DNA from: a bacterium BMS3Abin11
GTDB lineage: Bacteria > Pseudomonadota > Gammaproteobacteria > BMS3Bbin11
NCBI GenBank assembly: GCA_002897635.1
Contig: BDTD01000007.1
Coordinates: 16,907-80,906, forward strand
Direction of reading: 5' to 3'
Length of the DNA stretch: 64,000 nt
Part shown: one piece after another, positions 50,774 through 61,169 of the stretch
Position numbering within the stretch: the first letter of the stretch is position 1
Layout: every line of letters starts with the position of its first letter
Position numbers and translations under genes: made by a program
The notes under the pieces: generated by a model
The model's input: only the letters and a program-made list of their open reading frames with translations
Databases searched by the model: none
What the model was told of the DNA's origin: nothing

Positions 50774-50880
50774 AGTTTGTTTCATCATTTATCAGTGATT
50801 TAAAATAACAATCAGATGATACACTGCTGGTCAGCTTTTCTCAGCAGAGAAGATAGGGGTGAATTTTATTTTAGGATCAA

Positions 50881-51012
50881 AAGCTATACACCACAGAGGT
50901 CACAGAGGAAAGAAAAATATTTGGCTGCAAACCATGCACAACAACCTTAATCCTCTTTCTGCTTCATACTGGAAGTGATTCATGCATTCCAATTTTAACC
51001 TCTGTGTCCTTT
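50881..51012. repeat. Family-2 BIME-like element, shorter arms (ACCACAGAGGTCACAGAGG ... CCTCTGTGTCC), interior about 90 bp
   Basis: Preceded by the AAAAGCTATACACC leader shared with the copy at 38041. Directly follows family-1 copy G. Confidence 0.7.
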
Positions 51013-51266
51013 ATGGCGAAAAATGATGTTAAAAAATGCAAACTGAAGTCCACAATTCTCTGCTCGATATTTCACCTGACGAATGGGACACGTTGAACCA
51101 TGATAACAACCCTTCCATCAGTTATGCCTTTCTCAGTACCCTCGAGGAATCAGCGAGTACAGGTGGGAGAAAAGCGCATGTTACTCATTATCAACAAATA
51201 TTAAATAAATATAGCCCTTTTCGAAATGACACCAAAAATGACTAACCAGTTGATATACTGTTACTC

Positions 51267-51959
51267 ATGCAATTAATTACCGCCGACACACCTGAAACAC
51301 AGTTTCCATCACCAAATTCCGCATCAGAGGAAGGTCTGGTCGCTGTCGGTGGAAAAATCACCACTAAACGGGTACTAAGTGCCTATCGACAGGGGATTTT
51401 CCCCTGGTACAGTGAAGATCAGCCGGTATTATGGTGGTCACCCGAGCCACGCGCCGTTCTCTATCCTGATGAGATAAAGATCTCTCGCAGTCTTAAAAAA
51501 ACGCTGCGCCACAACAATTTCAGTATCACGGCCGACACAGCGTTCAGTGAAGTGGTAAATGCCTGTGCCGGCCCGCGCACACAGTCGCCAACAGGCGGCA
51601 CATGGATCACCGCTGAGATGATGGATACCTATAACCAGCTTCACCAGCTAGGCTACGGGCACTCTATCGAGGTCTGGAACGAAGAAAAGCTTGCTGGTGG
51701 TTTGTATGGCCTGTCACTGGGCTCCGCCTTTTTTGGTGAATCTATGTTCAGTCATCAGTCGAACGCCTCCAAGCTTGCGCTGGTTTATCTGGCAAAATTT
51801 TCTAAATCCAGAGGCATAGATTTCATCGACTGCCAACTGCCTACCGACCACCTGGCAAGCATGGGGGCCGTCAATCTTAGCCGCAAAGAATACCTGAGGA
51901 TTCTCGAAACTGCGCTGAAACATCAGGATCACATAAAATACTGGCAGCTTGATGGCTGA
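51267..51959 (+). CDS. aat: Leucyl/phenylalanyl-tRNA-protein transferase
   Basis: GIFPWYSEDQPVLWWSPEPR signature. Confidence 0.92.
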   Translation: MQLITADTPETQFPSPNSASEEGLVAVGGKITTKRVLSAYRQGIFPWYSEDQPVLWWSPEPRAVLYPDEIKISRSLKKTLRHNNFSITADTAFSEVVNACAGPRTQSPTGGTWITAEMMDTYNQLHQLGYGHSIEVWNEEKLAGGLYGLSLGSAFFGESMFSHQSNASKLALVYLAKFSKSRGIDFIDCQLPTDHLASMGAVNLSRKEYLRILETALKHQDHIKYWQLDG

Positions 51960-51970
51960 TTGCCAATATA

Positions 51971-52134
51971 AAGGGCACCTCTATTAATTCATGGATATTC
52001 ATCTCACATCCAAAATCGTCCATCTCTGCGTTAAGAATCTTCGCAATAGCTGGCTATTACGTGCGATCCTTGCCTTGATATGAACGATTTTGGATGCAAT
52101 CTAATCTATCCATAATTAATAGAGGTACCCTTAA
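51971..52134. repeat. Family-1 MITE-like element, subfamily a (copy H), reverse orientation; fills the aat-bpt spacer
   Basis: AAGGGCACCTCTATTAATTCATGG ... TCTCTGCGTTAAGAATCTTCGCAATAGCTGGCTATTACGTGCGATCCTTGCCTTGATATG ... CCATAATTAATAGAGGTACCCTT. Confidence 0.85.
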
Positions 52135-52140
52135 GCCTAT

Positions 52141-52848
52141 ATGTCCGTTTCTGATCTCAGTTTTTTCCTTTCTACTACACATGAATGCAGCTATCTGCCG
52201 GATCGTGAGGCCGCATCACTGGTCGCAGACCCTACGGTTAAGCTGGATACTGCAAACTATTCGGAATTAATTCAGCTCGGTTTCCGGCGCAGCGGTGGAA
52301 TGGCCTATAGACCTCACTGCAGGGCATGCCAGGCCTGCGTAGCAATCCGTATCCCTGTTAGCCAATTTCATCCTTCCCGTGGACAAAAACGTATCTGGAA
52401 AAAGAACAATGATCTGGAATTCACCAGCCTGCCGTTCGCCTTCCACGAAGAGCACTATCAACTGTATCAACGATACCAGTCTGCCAGACATTACGGCGGC
52501 AGCATGGATATCGACGACCGTGAAAAATATACAAACTTCTTTACCGCTAGCGGACTTGAAACCCGCCTGCTTGAATTTCGCAGTGCCGGAGAACTGCTTT
52601 GTGTTGCAGCAATCGACTGGTTGCCGGCAGGCCTGTCCTCCATGTACACCTTTTTTGATCCTGAACAGAACAACCGAGGACTAGGTGTCTACGCTATCCT
52701 CTGGCAAATTATGAAAGCACAGGAAATCGGCCTGCCACATGTCTATCTGGGTTACTGGATAAAAGAATGCGACAAAATGTCCTACAAAACCCGCTACCGG
52801 CCGTATGAACTGTTTCAGCAACAACGATGGCATCGGGGCGTGGACTAA
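52141..52848 (+). CDS. bpt: Aspartate/glutamate leucyltransferase (arginyltransferase-family Bpt)
   Basis: ATE_N/ATE_C family with CxxC (CRACQAC) and the conserved aat-bpt-infA arrangement. Confidence 0.9.
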   Translation: MSVSDLSFFLSTTHECSYLPDREAASLVADPTVKLDTANYSELIQLGFRRSGGMAYRPHCRACQACVAIRIPVSQFHPSRGQKRIWKKNNDLEFTSLPFAFHEEHYQLYQRYQSARHYGGSMDIDDREKYTNFFTASGLETRLLEFRSAGELLCVAAIDWLPAGLSSMYTFFDPEQNNRGLGVYAILWQIMKAQEIGLPHVYLGYWIKECDKMSYKTRYRPYELFQQQRWHRGVD

Positions 52849-53091
52849 GGATGAAAGGGGAAAGGGGAAAGGGGAAAGTTCCAAGTTCCAAGATCCAAGC
52901 AAATTCAAAGCCTCATATCACTGAGGTACATGGTTTTGACTTGGAACTTGGAACTTGGAACTTGGATCTTGGAACTTGGAACTTGGATCTTGGAACCTGG
53001 AACCTGGAACCTGGAACCTGGAACTTGGAACTTGGATCTTGGAACTTGGATCTTGGAACTACAGCACCCCGTGTCCTCTGTGGTTAAAATG
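52849..53091. repeat. Tandem repeat block: (GAAAGGGG)x3, (GTTCCAAG)x3, a 40 bp spacer, (CTTGGAAC-like octamer) x about 15, then half of a family-2 terminal inverted repeat (CCCCGTGTCCTCTGTGG)
   Basis: Period-8 array at 52940-53060 with CTTGGAAC/CTTGGATC/CTGGAACC variants. All overlapping six-frame ORFs are low-complexity LGTWNLDLGTWNL-type artefacts. Confidence 0.9.
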
Positions 53092-53229
53092 TACATGGAT
53101 TCATTAAAATTGCTTTTAAATACCAAATTATCGCCTAAAATTGAATATGAGCGTATTCAGACCTTTACCCCTGACTCCTGTTGGTGCATCATACGCGCCC
53201 ATATTTTCATTTAAAGAGACCTGGTTGCT

Positions 53230-53448
53230 TTGGCAAAAGAAGAATCCATTGAAATGGAAGGGACTATCATTGATACCCTTCCCAATACCACTTTCAAGGT
53301 AGAGCTTGAAAACGGCCACGTTGTGACTGCTCACATATCAGGAAAGATGCGCAAGCATTATATTCGTATCCTGACCGGGGATAAGGTTACTGTACAGCTG
53401 ACCCCTTACGACCTTAGCAAAGGACGTATTACATACCGCGCTCGATAG
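53230..53448 (+). CDS. infA: Translation initiation factor IF-1
   Basis: [70 protein letters not shown] matches IF-1 almost position by position. Confidence 0.97.
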   Translation: MAKEESIEMEGTIIDTLPNTTFKVELENGHVVTAHISGKMRKHYIRILTGDKVTVQLTPYDLSKGRITYRAR

Positions 53449-53786
53449 TTTTATTTCTTTTTCCTTCGCTTCCTCAATTTAACCTGCATTTTTCGTCCTT
53501 CATGGACGATCGTCTTTCATTTTTATTCTTTTTCTTGAATAAAGCTAAGTTTTTCGTCCCTTATGGGAACACCAGCCATGCGCAAGCACAAAAAAGACAG
53601 AAGTGAACTAGCCATATAGGGCAAAACCCTAATCTGGGTGCAACCCTAACTCTGGAAAAAATTCGCATAGTGAGATAAAGTGGCACAATCTGTTAGCTGC
53701 CTTAATCCGAGCTGTTCTGGTAAGGCAAACGGGCTGCAGCATATTGCAAACCAGATTTACAACAACATCAGTAACAGGAACTACTT

Positions 53787-54680
53787 ATGTCAAAAAAACA
53801 TCCAGTCGTTGCCATTACTGGCTCTTCAGGCGCCGGCACTACAACCGTCAAAGATGCCTGCGAACATATTTTTTTCCGCCAGGAAATCAGACCCCTGGTA
53901 ATCGAAGGTGATAGCTTTCACCGCCTGGATCGCGCAGCATTCAAGCTCGCTGTGGCCAAACATGATGCTGAAGGGAATAACTCATTCAGTCATTTCGGGC
54001 CGGAATCCAATCATTTCGACAAAATCGCCGAAACCTTTCAGTCTTATGGCGAAACAGGTGGCTGTAAACGCCGCTATTACATCCACAGTGATGAAGAAGC
54101 GCTGTTCCACAATGAAAGACTGGGTGGAGAAACTTATAAAGCCGGAGAATTCACTCCCTGGGAGGAAATAACAGAAGACTCAGATCTGCTTTTTTATGAA
54201 GGCCTGCACGGCGGTGTAAAAGTTGACGGTACGGATGTCTCAAAATTTGTAGATCTGCTTATTGGTGTGGTTCCAGTGGTGAATCTGGAATGGATACAGA
54301 AAATTTTCCGTGATAATTCTCAGCGTGGCTATTCAGCAGATGTCATTGTCGACACCATCCTGCGTCGTATGCCTGACTATGTGAATTACATCACACCGCA
54401 GTTTTCTCGCACAGACATCAATCTGCAGCGCGTTGCAACGGTGGATACATCCAATCCTTTCATTGCCAGAGATATTCCTACACCGGATGAAAGTTTTGTC
54501 ATTATCCGCTTCAGGGATCCGACAAAGTTCAATATCAATTTCCCATATCTACTTAACATGGTTTCTGACTCCTTCATGTCACGGCAAAATACCATAGTCA
54601 TACCAGGCGGCAAAATGGGCTATGCCATAGAATTGATACTGTCGCCGATTATCCAGAATATGATCGCTAACAAAGCATAG
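53787..54680 (+). CDS. prk: Phosphoribulokinase
   Basis: P-loop AITGSSGAGTTT. Full-length similarity to bacterial PrkB/CbbP (about 290 aa): EGDSFHR, LLFYEGLHG motifs. Confidence 0.92.
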   Translation: MSKKHPVVAITGSSGAGTTTVKDACEHIFFRQEIRPLVIEGDSFHRLDRAAFKLAVAKHDAEGNNSFSHFGPESNHFDKIAETFQSYGETGGCKRRYYIHSDEEALFHNERLGGETYKAGEFTPWEEITEDSDLLFYEGLHGGVKVDGTDVSKFVDLLIGVVPVVNLEWIQKIFRDNSQRGYSADVIVDTILRRMPDYVNYITPQFSRTDINLQRVATVDTSNPFIARDIPTPDESFVIIRFRDPTKFNINFPYLLNMVSDSFMSRQNTIVIPGGKMGYAIELILSPIIQNMIANKA

Positions 54681-54774
54681 AGATAAAAGCCATAAACAAA
54701 AAAGCCGGACCAATATGATCCGGCTTTTTTTACCCGATTTTTTCTAAACAATCGGTCACATCTGTATCAGTGCC

Positions 54775-54930
54775 TTACTTAATTTTAGCTTCCTTGTAGT
54801 CCACATGCTTGCGTACTACCGGGTCAAACTTCTTCATCACCAGCTTTTCCGTCATGGTGCGCTTGTTCTTGGTGGTGGTGTAAAAATGGCCAGTGCCAGC
54901 ACTGGATACAAGTTTGATTTTTTCGCGCAT
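54775..54930 (-). CDS. rpmG: 50S ribosomal protein L33
   Basis: 51 aa [54 protein letters not shown], below the 60 aa cutoff of the track. Sits immediately downstream of rpmB as in the conserved rpmBG operon. Confidence 0.85.
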   Translation of the reverse strand: MREKIKLVSSAGTGHFYTTTKNKRTMTEKLVMKKFDPVVRKHVDYKEAKIK

Positions 54931-54941
54931 GATTTAGCTCC

Positions 54942-55178
54942 TTATATCTTTTCGCCACGTGCGCGCATTTCTGTCAGCACAGTGTCGATTCCTTTCTTGT
55001 CCAGGATACGCAGGCCTTTGCTGGAAACGCGGAGTTTTACCCAGCGATTCTCACTCTCCACCCAGAAATGGCGATAGTGCAGATTAGGCAGAAAACTGCG
55101 ACGTGTTTTGTTGTGGGCATGGGAAACATTGTTCCCACGTACCGTGCGTTTACCTGTAATTTGGCATACTCTGGCCAT
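54942..55178 (-). CDS. rpmB: 50S ribosomal protein L28
   Basis: [33 protein letters not shown]... full-length L28. Confidence 0.95.
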   Translation of the reverse strand: MARVCQITGKRTVRGNNVSHAHNKTRRSFLPNLHYRHFWVESENRWVKLRVSSKGLRILDKKGIDTVLTEMRARGEKI

Positions 55179-55377
55179 TACTAAAGTCCTTACGAGCTTC
55201 TTGTTCAGATAGATTATCTGGTAAATAAACCGGCTACTGCCGGAAAGGCGCGAATTTATACCAGATTTCAGCCCATTTGAACACCCCGAATCAGTAATTA
55301 TGACAGGAAAAGTTAATAAATACCCTGTAAATCTAGAATCCCAAATAAATCAAAAACCTTTTTAGTTTTTTTTATAC

Positions 55378-56052
55378 TCACATCAATCCCCGCTCCGAAA
55401 ATGATATGGGCAGACCATCACCAACAATAAAATGATCCAGCACACGAACATCCACCAGCCCCAGAGCCTCCTTAAGGCGGCTGGTCAGGGCGATATCTGC
55501 CTGACTGGGTTCGGCTATGCCTGACGGGTGATTATGCGCCAGAATGACCGCTGCGGCGTTGTGGTGTATGGCTTTTCGCACGATCTCACGTGGATGCACC
55601 GAGGCGCCGTCAATGGTGCCGTTGAAACATTCTTCGAAACAGATCAGACGATGGCGGTTATCAAGGAACAATACACAGAACACTTCAGCCTGCCGGTCAC
55701 GTAAACTAGCCTGAAGATAATCACGCACATGCTCCGGACTGGTAAAACACTCCCGCTCACCCAGGTACTCTGCATAATGCCTGCGAGCTATCTCAAGCAC
55801 CGCCTGGCATTGGACATAGGTCGCCATACCCAGTCCCTTACCCTGACAGAAGCTTTTCTGATCTGCCGTCAGCATAGACCTCAGGCCGCCAAATTCTTTT
55901 AATAAACACCGTGCCAGATCGACCGCGCTCATCCCGGCAGTGCCTGTTCGCAGCAAAATCGCCAGCAATTCAGAATCACTCAGCGACTGGGGGCCCTTAT
56001 GTAACAGTTTTTCACGCGGGCGTTCATTTTCAGGCCAGTCCTTAATCGACAT
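55378..56052 (-). CDS. radC: RadC-like JAB/MPN domain protein (UPF0758)
   Basis: HhH-like N-terminus and a JAMM motif HNHPSG...D. Start at MSIKDWP, preceded by GGAGACAAGG; the track ORF runs to 56073. Confidence 0.9.
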   Translation of the reverse strand: MSIKDWPENERPREKLLHKGPQSLSDSELLAILLRTGTAGMSAVDLARCLLKEFGGLRSMLTADQKSFCQGKGLGMATYVQCQAVLEIARRHYAEYLGERECFTSPEHVRDYLQASLRDRQAEVFCVLFLDNRHRLICFEECFNGTIDGASVHPREIVRKAIHHNAAAVILAHNHPSGIAEPSQADIALTSRLKEALGLVDVRVLDHFIVGDGLPISFSERGLM

Positions 56053-56096
56053 CCTTGTCTCCATTATTTTCAACTGTGAAAGTCAAAAGACTTTTT

Positions 56097-56243
56097 ACCA
56101 CAGAGGACACGGAGGACACAGAGGTTTTTTATTATTGTGTACCCGTTGCTTCGTTAAATTTGGTGTCAGACGAGGACTTCGATGGTTGTTTATTACTTCT
56201 AGAAGATTTTCCTTTCCTCTGTGTCCTCTGTGTCCTCTGTGGT
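56097..56243. repeat. Family-2 BIME-like element in the radC / coaBC divergent intergenic region
   Basis: ACCACAGAGGACACGGAGGACACAGAGG at 56097-56124 and CCTCTGTGTCCTCTGTGTCCTCTGTGGT at about 56216-56243, bracketing 90 bp. Flanking leader and trailer motifs (GTCAAAAG..., ...TTTAGATTTTGATC) are shared with the copy at 38035-38230. Confidence 0.85.
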
Positions 56244-56314
56244 GAAAACCTTTAGATTTTGATCTTTCACTCATTTTATCGAAGTACAACCCCTTTCTGC
56301 GCTAAAATAACGCC

Positions 56315-57532
56315 ATGGAAGAGCTTACAGGCAAAAACATACTCCTGGGCATCACCGGCGGCATTGCGGCCTATAAAAGTGCCGTGCTATGCCGTGATCT
56401 GATACGGATGGGCGCTGAGGTTCGGGTCATCATGACTGAAGCGGCGACGCATTTTATAACGCCGCTTACTCTGCAGGCATTAAGTGGCCACCCTGTCCAC
56501 AGCGACCTGTTTGCCGTTGAGGCAGAGCATGGCATGGGGCATATTAAGCTGGCGCGCTGGGCTGACAGGGTTCTTATTGCACCGGCCAGTGCACAAACCA
56601 TTGCCAGGCTTGCGCATGGTGAAGCTGATAATCTGTTGACCACTACCGTGTTGGCCAGCGAGGCACCCTTGCTGATTGCGCCGGCGATGAATACAGTCAT
56701 GTGGCAGGATGCGGCTATGCAGGGAAATATAGACCTGATGCTTGCTCGTGGTGTAACAATACTCGGCCCAGCTAGCGGAGATCAGGCCTGTGGTGAAGAT
56801 GGCCTCGGCCGCATGCTGGAACCGTCAGAGATCATTGAACATCTTCAGCTACAACTGCAACCAGAATTGCTTGTCGGGAAGAACATCGTCATCACAGCAG
56901 GACCCACCTGGGAAGCCATTGATCCTGTACGGGGCCTGACCAATCACAGCTCCGGCAAGATGGGTTTCGCTCTGGCTAGCGCCCTCCATGATGCGGGGGC
57001 AAACGTCAAGCTGATTTCTGGGCCTGTCCACTTACGTCCGCCACATGGCGTAGACTGCATCAATATCACCAGTGCACTGGAAATGGCTGATACCGTAAAG
57101 GATAATATCTCCGACTGTGATATTTTTGTCGCTGTTGCCGCTGTCGCTGATTATCGGCCGGTAACTAACGCAAACCAGAAAATAAAGAAGAAAGCTGAAA
57201 CACTTACTCTGGAACTGGTACGTAACCCGGATATCCTTGCCATGGTCGCCGCCCTGGAGAATGCGCCATTTACCGTCGGTTTCGCTGCTGAAACTGAAAA
57301 TATTACCGAGTATGCAGCACAAAAATTAGCCGAAAAAAGAATAGATTTGATTGCAGCAAACCCTGTCAGCGGCGACAATAGCGCGTTTGATTCAGAATCA
57401 AATGAACTGACCCTGTTTGACCGCAACGGTAATAGTCATCTCAGCCGCTGCAGTAAAAGCCTGCTGGCCCAGAAACTGACTAAGGAAATTGCACAACGCT
57501 ATCATGAAACATATCCAGCTAAAGATACTTGA
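56315..57532 (+). CDS. coaBC: Bifunctional phosphopantothenoylcysteine decarboxylase / phosphopantothenate-cysteine ligase
   Basis: N-terminal flavoprotein domain ([10 protein letters not shown]) and C-terminal DFP domain. Confidence 0.95.
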   Translation: MEELTGKNILLGITGGIAAYKSAVLCRDLIRMGAEVRVIMTEAATHFITPLTLQALSGHPVHSDLFAVEAEHGMGHIKLARWADRVLIAPASAQTIARLAHGEADNLLTTTVLASEAPLLIAPAMNTVMWQDAAMQGNIDLMLARGVTILGPASGDQACGEDGLGRMLEPSEIIEHLQLQLQPELLVGKNIVITAGPTWEAIDPVRGLTNHSSGKMGFALASALHDAGANVKLISGPVHLRPPHGVDCINITSALEMADTVKDNISDCDIFVAVAAVADYRPVTNANQKIKKKAETLTLELVRNPDILAMVAALENAPFTVGFAAETENITEYAAQKLAEKRIDLIAANPVSGDNSAFDSESNELTLFDRNGNSHLSRCSKSLLAQKLTKEIAQRYHETYPAKDT

Positions 57533-57959
57533 TTCAAGAATTGGAAATGTGATTCCTCTACCGGAACACGCCACAAAGGGTTCTGCCGGTGTCGACCTGC
57601 GTGCCTGCCTGGATCAACCAATAACGGTAAAACCCGGTGAGACCCACCTCATCGGTACGGGTATTGCTATCCATGTTGCAGACCCCGGCTTTGCCGCCAT
57701 GCTGCTGCCCCGCTCAGGCCTCGGCCACAAGCATGGTATTGTCCTCGGCAACCTTATTGGCCTGATCGACTCAGACTATCAGGGCGAACTGAAGGTCTCC
57801 TGCTGGAACCGTGGCGATACTGAATTTACAGTAAAACCCGGCGAACGTATCTGTCAGATGATTATCGTTCCCGTCGTTCAGGCAAAATATGAAATCGTAG
57901 AAGAATTTGATGAATCTGATCGCGGTGCCGGCGGCTTCGGTCATACCGGCACTCACTAA
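57504..57959 (+). CDS. dut: dUTP diphosphatase
   Basis: Five dUTPase motifs ([27 protein letters not shown]). Start at MKHIQ with AAGGAA upstream; overlaps the coaBC end as in E. coli. Confidence 0.95.
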   Translation: MKHIQLKILDSRIGNVIPLPEHATKGSAGVDLRACLDQPITVKPGETHLIGTGIAIHVADPGFAAMLLPRSGLGHKHGIVLGNLIGLIDSDYQGELKVSCWNRGDTEFTVKPGERICQMIIVPVVQAKYEIVEEFDESDRGAGGFGHTGTH

Positions 57960-58007
57960 CCAGCAGCAAACAAACACCAAAACTAACAGAAACGGAATCA
58001 GCCACCA

Positions 58008-59405
58008 ATGACCCAGCAAGATGTACGCAGCAAAAGCTTCCCCGATGAAATTTTCAAGGCCTACGATATCCGCGGTATAGTAGACAAAACACTGACTACC
58101 GACATCACCCGCAAGGTCGGTCAGGCATTTGGCACCGAAGCCCTGTCCAGAGATGTAGACACGGTAGCTATTGCGCATGATGGTCGACTGTCCGGGCCTG
58201 CGCTTAACGCCGCGCTTATTGAAGGCCTGCTGGCAAGTGGCTGCAATGTTATCGACATCGGCATGGTGCCGACCCCTGTGCTGTACTTTGCCACCTATCA
58301 TCTCAATACCGGCACCGGCATCATGATCACCGGCAGTCATAATCCCCCTGAATACAATGGTCTGAAAATGGTCATGGCCGGAGAAACACTGGCCGGTGAT
58401 CGTATCCAGGAATTGAAGCAACGCATACTCGATGGCAATTTTTCTAACGGCCATGGCCAACTCAGAGAAGAAGATATCAAATCTGCCTACATCCAACGTA
58501 TTCTGTCAGAAGGCTTGCTGTCACGCGAATTGCATGCCGTGGTGGATTGCGGCAACGGTGTTGCCAGTGAAATAGCCCCTGAGTTATTCACGAAACTGGG
58601 CTGTAAAATTACCCCGCTGTTCTGTGAAACAGACGGAAATTTCCCCAACCACCATCCAGACCCCAGCCAGCCCGACACACTGAATGACTTAATCCGTACC
58701 ATGCATGAAACCAGTGCAGACATCGGCCTTGCTTTCGATGGCGATGGCGACCGTCTGGGTGTGGTGACGACGGAGGGAAAAATCATCTGGCCGGATCGTC
58801 AATTGATCCTGTATGCCAGGGACATCTTAAAGAAATCCCCTGGCGCCCATATCATCTACGATGTCAAATGCTCACAAACCGTTGATGCAGAAATCAGGCG
58901 TGCGGGTGGCAAACCTGAAATGTGGAAAACTGGACATTCCTTTATCAAGGCAAGGCTACGAGAAACCGGTGCAGAACTGGCGGGCGAAATGAGCGGTCAT
59001 ATATTTTTCAACGACCACTGGTATGGCTTCGACGATGGGCTCTATGCCGCAGTGCGCCTGTTGCACATACTGGCAAACGATACACGCAATGCTTCAGAGG
59101 TCTTTGCAGATCTTCCCGATACGGTAAATACACCTGAACTTGGCCTGACCATGGTAGAAGGTGAGCATTACAGGCTGATTGACGAACTGATTGCCAAAGC
59201 TGAGTTCCCTGATGGAAAAGTCAGTAAAATTGACGGCCTGAGAGTCGATTTTGATAATGGTTTCGGGCTGGTAAGGGCCTCCAATACCACACCAAAACTG
59301 GTATTCCGCTTCGAAGCAGATAATGAAAAAAACCTTGAAACTATCATGCAGCGCTTCAGAGATTTAATCAATGACACACGGCCCGGCCTTGATCTTCCTT
59401 TCTGA
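58008..59405 (+). CDS. algC: Phosphomannomutase/phosphoglucomutase (alpha-D-phosphohexomutase, AlgC-like)
   Basis: Active-site TGSHNPPEYNG, metal loop DGDGDR, sugar loop GEMSGH. Confidence 0.88.
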   Translation: MTQQDVRSKSFPDEIFKAYDIRGIVDKTLTTDITRKVGQAFGTEALSRDVDTVAIAHDGRLSGPALNAALIEGLLASGCNVIDIGMVPTPVLYFATYHLNTGTGIMITGSHNPPEYNGLKMVMAGETLAGDRIQELKQRILDGNFSNGHGQLREEDIKSAYIQRILSEGLLSRELHAVVDCGNGVASEIAPELFTKLGCKITPLFCETDGNFPNHHPDPSQPDTLNDLIRTMHETSADIGLAFDGDGDRLGVVTTEGKIIWPDRQLILYARDILKKSPGAHIIYDVKCSQTVDAEIRRAGGKPEMWKTGHSFIKARLRETGAELAGEMSGHIFFNDHWYGFDDGLYAAVRLLHILANDTRNASEVFADLPDTVNTPELGLTMVEGEHYRLIDELIAKAEFPDGKVSKIDGLRVDFDNGFGLVRASNTTPKLVFRFEADNEKNLETIMQRFRDLINDTRPGLDLPF

Positions 59406-59420
59406 AGACACAGGCTAACC

Positions 59421-60728
59421 ATGCCAAAAGCCCATTTTCGTAAAACACGGCGTCAGCTAACTTCTCGCCGGGTGTGGCGGACGCGTCTGGTTTTCTGGTC
59501 GGGTGCTGTGCTGGTCGGCCTGGCAGCCACAGCACTTGCCATCAGCAGCGACCGTGCAGGACAGGCTTTCTCACGTATTCTTGAAACGAGCCCCTATATC
59601 CCAATAGTTCTGACACCCTTAGGGCTGGTACTGATCACATGGTTAACCCGAAGCTTTGTCCCGTCTGCCGAGGGCAGCGGCATCCCGCAGGTAATTGCCG
59701 CCCTGCAGATAAAGCACGACTCAGATAGAAGAGATATTTTGTCACTGCGCATGGCGTTCAGCAAAGGCTTACTCGTCATACTTGGTATTATTTCCGGTGC
59801 ATCCATCGGTCGTGAGGGGCCAACGGTTCATATCGCCGCAGCTATTACCTATGCCATGTCGCGTATTGCTCGCTTTCCTCTGCATGATATCGGCAGAGGT
59901 CTGATTGTTGCCGGCGCTGCCGCCGGTCTGGCAGCCGCTTTCAATACACCTCTGGCCGGTATTGTTTTCGTAATCGAAGAAATCCGCCGCAGCTATGAGA
60001 AAAATACCAGCGGTACCATACTCACTGCTGTCATCATTGCAGGAATGACGGCTTTGACTATACAGGGCGATTACCAGTATTTTGGTACAGTAACCACCAG
60101 TCTTGAACTCTCACAGATGCTTGGCGTAGTCATTACCACTGGTGTTATCGGTGGCCTGGCAGGAGGTCTTTTCGGCGCCCTGCTATTAGTTGGCACACGC
60201 AAACTGACAAACTTCCGCAATAGCCGCCCCTACGCTCTGGCACTGCTGTGCGGCTTATCATTAGCGGGTCTTGGCCTGGCATCCGGCGGCCTGACCTATG
60301 GCACGGGCTATGCTGAAGCCCAGAACCTGGTTAGCGGAGGGGAAAGCAACGGCTTCTCCTATGCCCTGATGAAACTCTCAGCCACCATCATATCCTACTG
60401 GAGCGGTATACCCGGCGGTATATTTTCCCCCTCCCTGTCTGTCGGTGCCGGTATCGGAGCCGGTATTGCAGAATGGTTCCCAACAGTTCCTTCTGCTGCC
60501 GTTATACTTCTTGGTATGGTGGCCTACTTCACTGGTGTCGTACAAACGCCAATTACCGCCGTAGTCATCATCATGGAAATGACAGCGGAGCAAAGCTTAT
60601 TGCTGCCCCTGATGGCCACCGCATTGATTGCCGAAGGCATCTCAAAACTCATCAATCCAAAATCCATCTATCGCCAGCTGGCTATGGATTTCATGAAAGA
60701 CGTGCATAAGAAGAAGCATGGTAAATGA
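59421..60728 (+). CDS. ClC-family voltage-gated chloride channel / H+-Cl- antiporter
   Basis: GREGP selectivity motif, GIPGGIFSP, multi-TM. Confidence 0.85.
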   Translation: MPKAHFRKTRRQLTSRRVWRTRLVFWSGAVLVGLAATALAISSDRAGQAFSRILETSPYIPIVLTPLGLVLITWLTRSFVPSAEGSGIPQVIAALQIKHDSDRRDILSLRMAFSKGLLVILGIISGASIGREGPTVHIAAAITYAMSRIARFPLHDIGRGLIVAGAAAGLAAAFNTPLAGIVFVIEEIRRSYEKNTSGTILTAVIIAGMTALTIQGDYQYFGTVTTSLELSQMLGVVITTGVIGGLAGGLFGALLLVGTRKLTNFRNSRPYALALLCGLSLAGLGLASGGLTYGTGYAEAQNLVSGGESNGFSYALMKLSATIISYWSGIPGGIFSPSLSVGAGIGAGIAEWFPTVPSAAVILLGMVAYFTGVVQTPITAVVIIMEMTAEQSLLLPLMATALIAEGISKLINPKSIYRQLAMDFMKDVHKKKHGK

Positions 60729-60789
60729 CGATGTTTTACGTATTATGTGTTACGAATTACGTAAAACCTGAATCGTAATATGTAAAACG

Positions 60790-61155
60790 TTATTTCCCCA
60801 TAGCCTCAGGTGGTACCCCCACCAATTTGGCCTCTGGGATCCGTGACTTAACATAAGTACTCAATTCCAGCACCAGCCCTGGTTTGTGTTTGATAGATAC
60901 CCATAGAAGATTTAAAGGAACATTCAGATCAACAAAAACGACTTCCTTGTATTGACTGAGTATCTCGGCGAGGATGTCGACTTTACAGCGCAGAATAGAT
61001 TCAGCCTGATCACGCAGCCCGGGAAACAACATCATAAAATCTCCCAGTGCGTTGCCCTCGCCATCATGTGTCGGTACACGTTCATGCAACGGCTCATTAG
61101 GCAACAGTTCAAGCGAACATTTTAAATTTGTACTATTTTTCTTCTCAGGTAGCAT
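60790..61155 (-). CDS. Hypothetical protein (121 aa); third gene of the cyclase operon
   Basis: ORF 14 bp downstream of cyclase subunit B on the same strand. No recognizable domain. Confidence 0.35.
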   Translation of the reverse strand: MLPEKKNSTNLKCSLELLPNEPLHERVPTHDGEGNALGDFMMLFPGLRDQAESILRCKVDILAEILSQYKEVVFVDLNVPLNLLWVSIKHKPGLVLELSTYVKSRIPEAKLVGVPPEAMGK

Positions 61156-61169
61156 AGCTCACAGATCAA

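Noticed and set aside
52827-53214. Several ORFs called on both strands (LELGTWNLDLGTWNL..., KIQVPSSKFQVPGS...) across the octamer array
   Set aside because: They are low-complexity translations of an 8 bp tandem repeat, open in every frame because of the periodicity. They are not genes.
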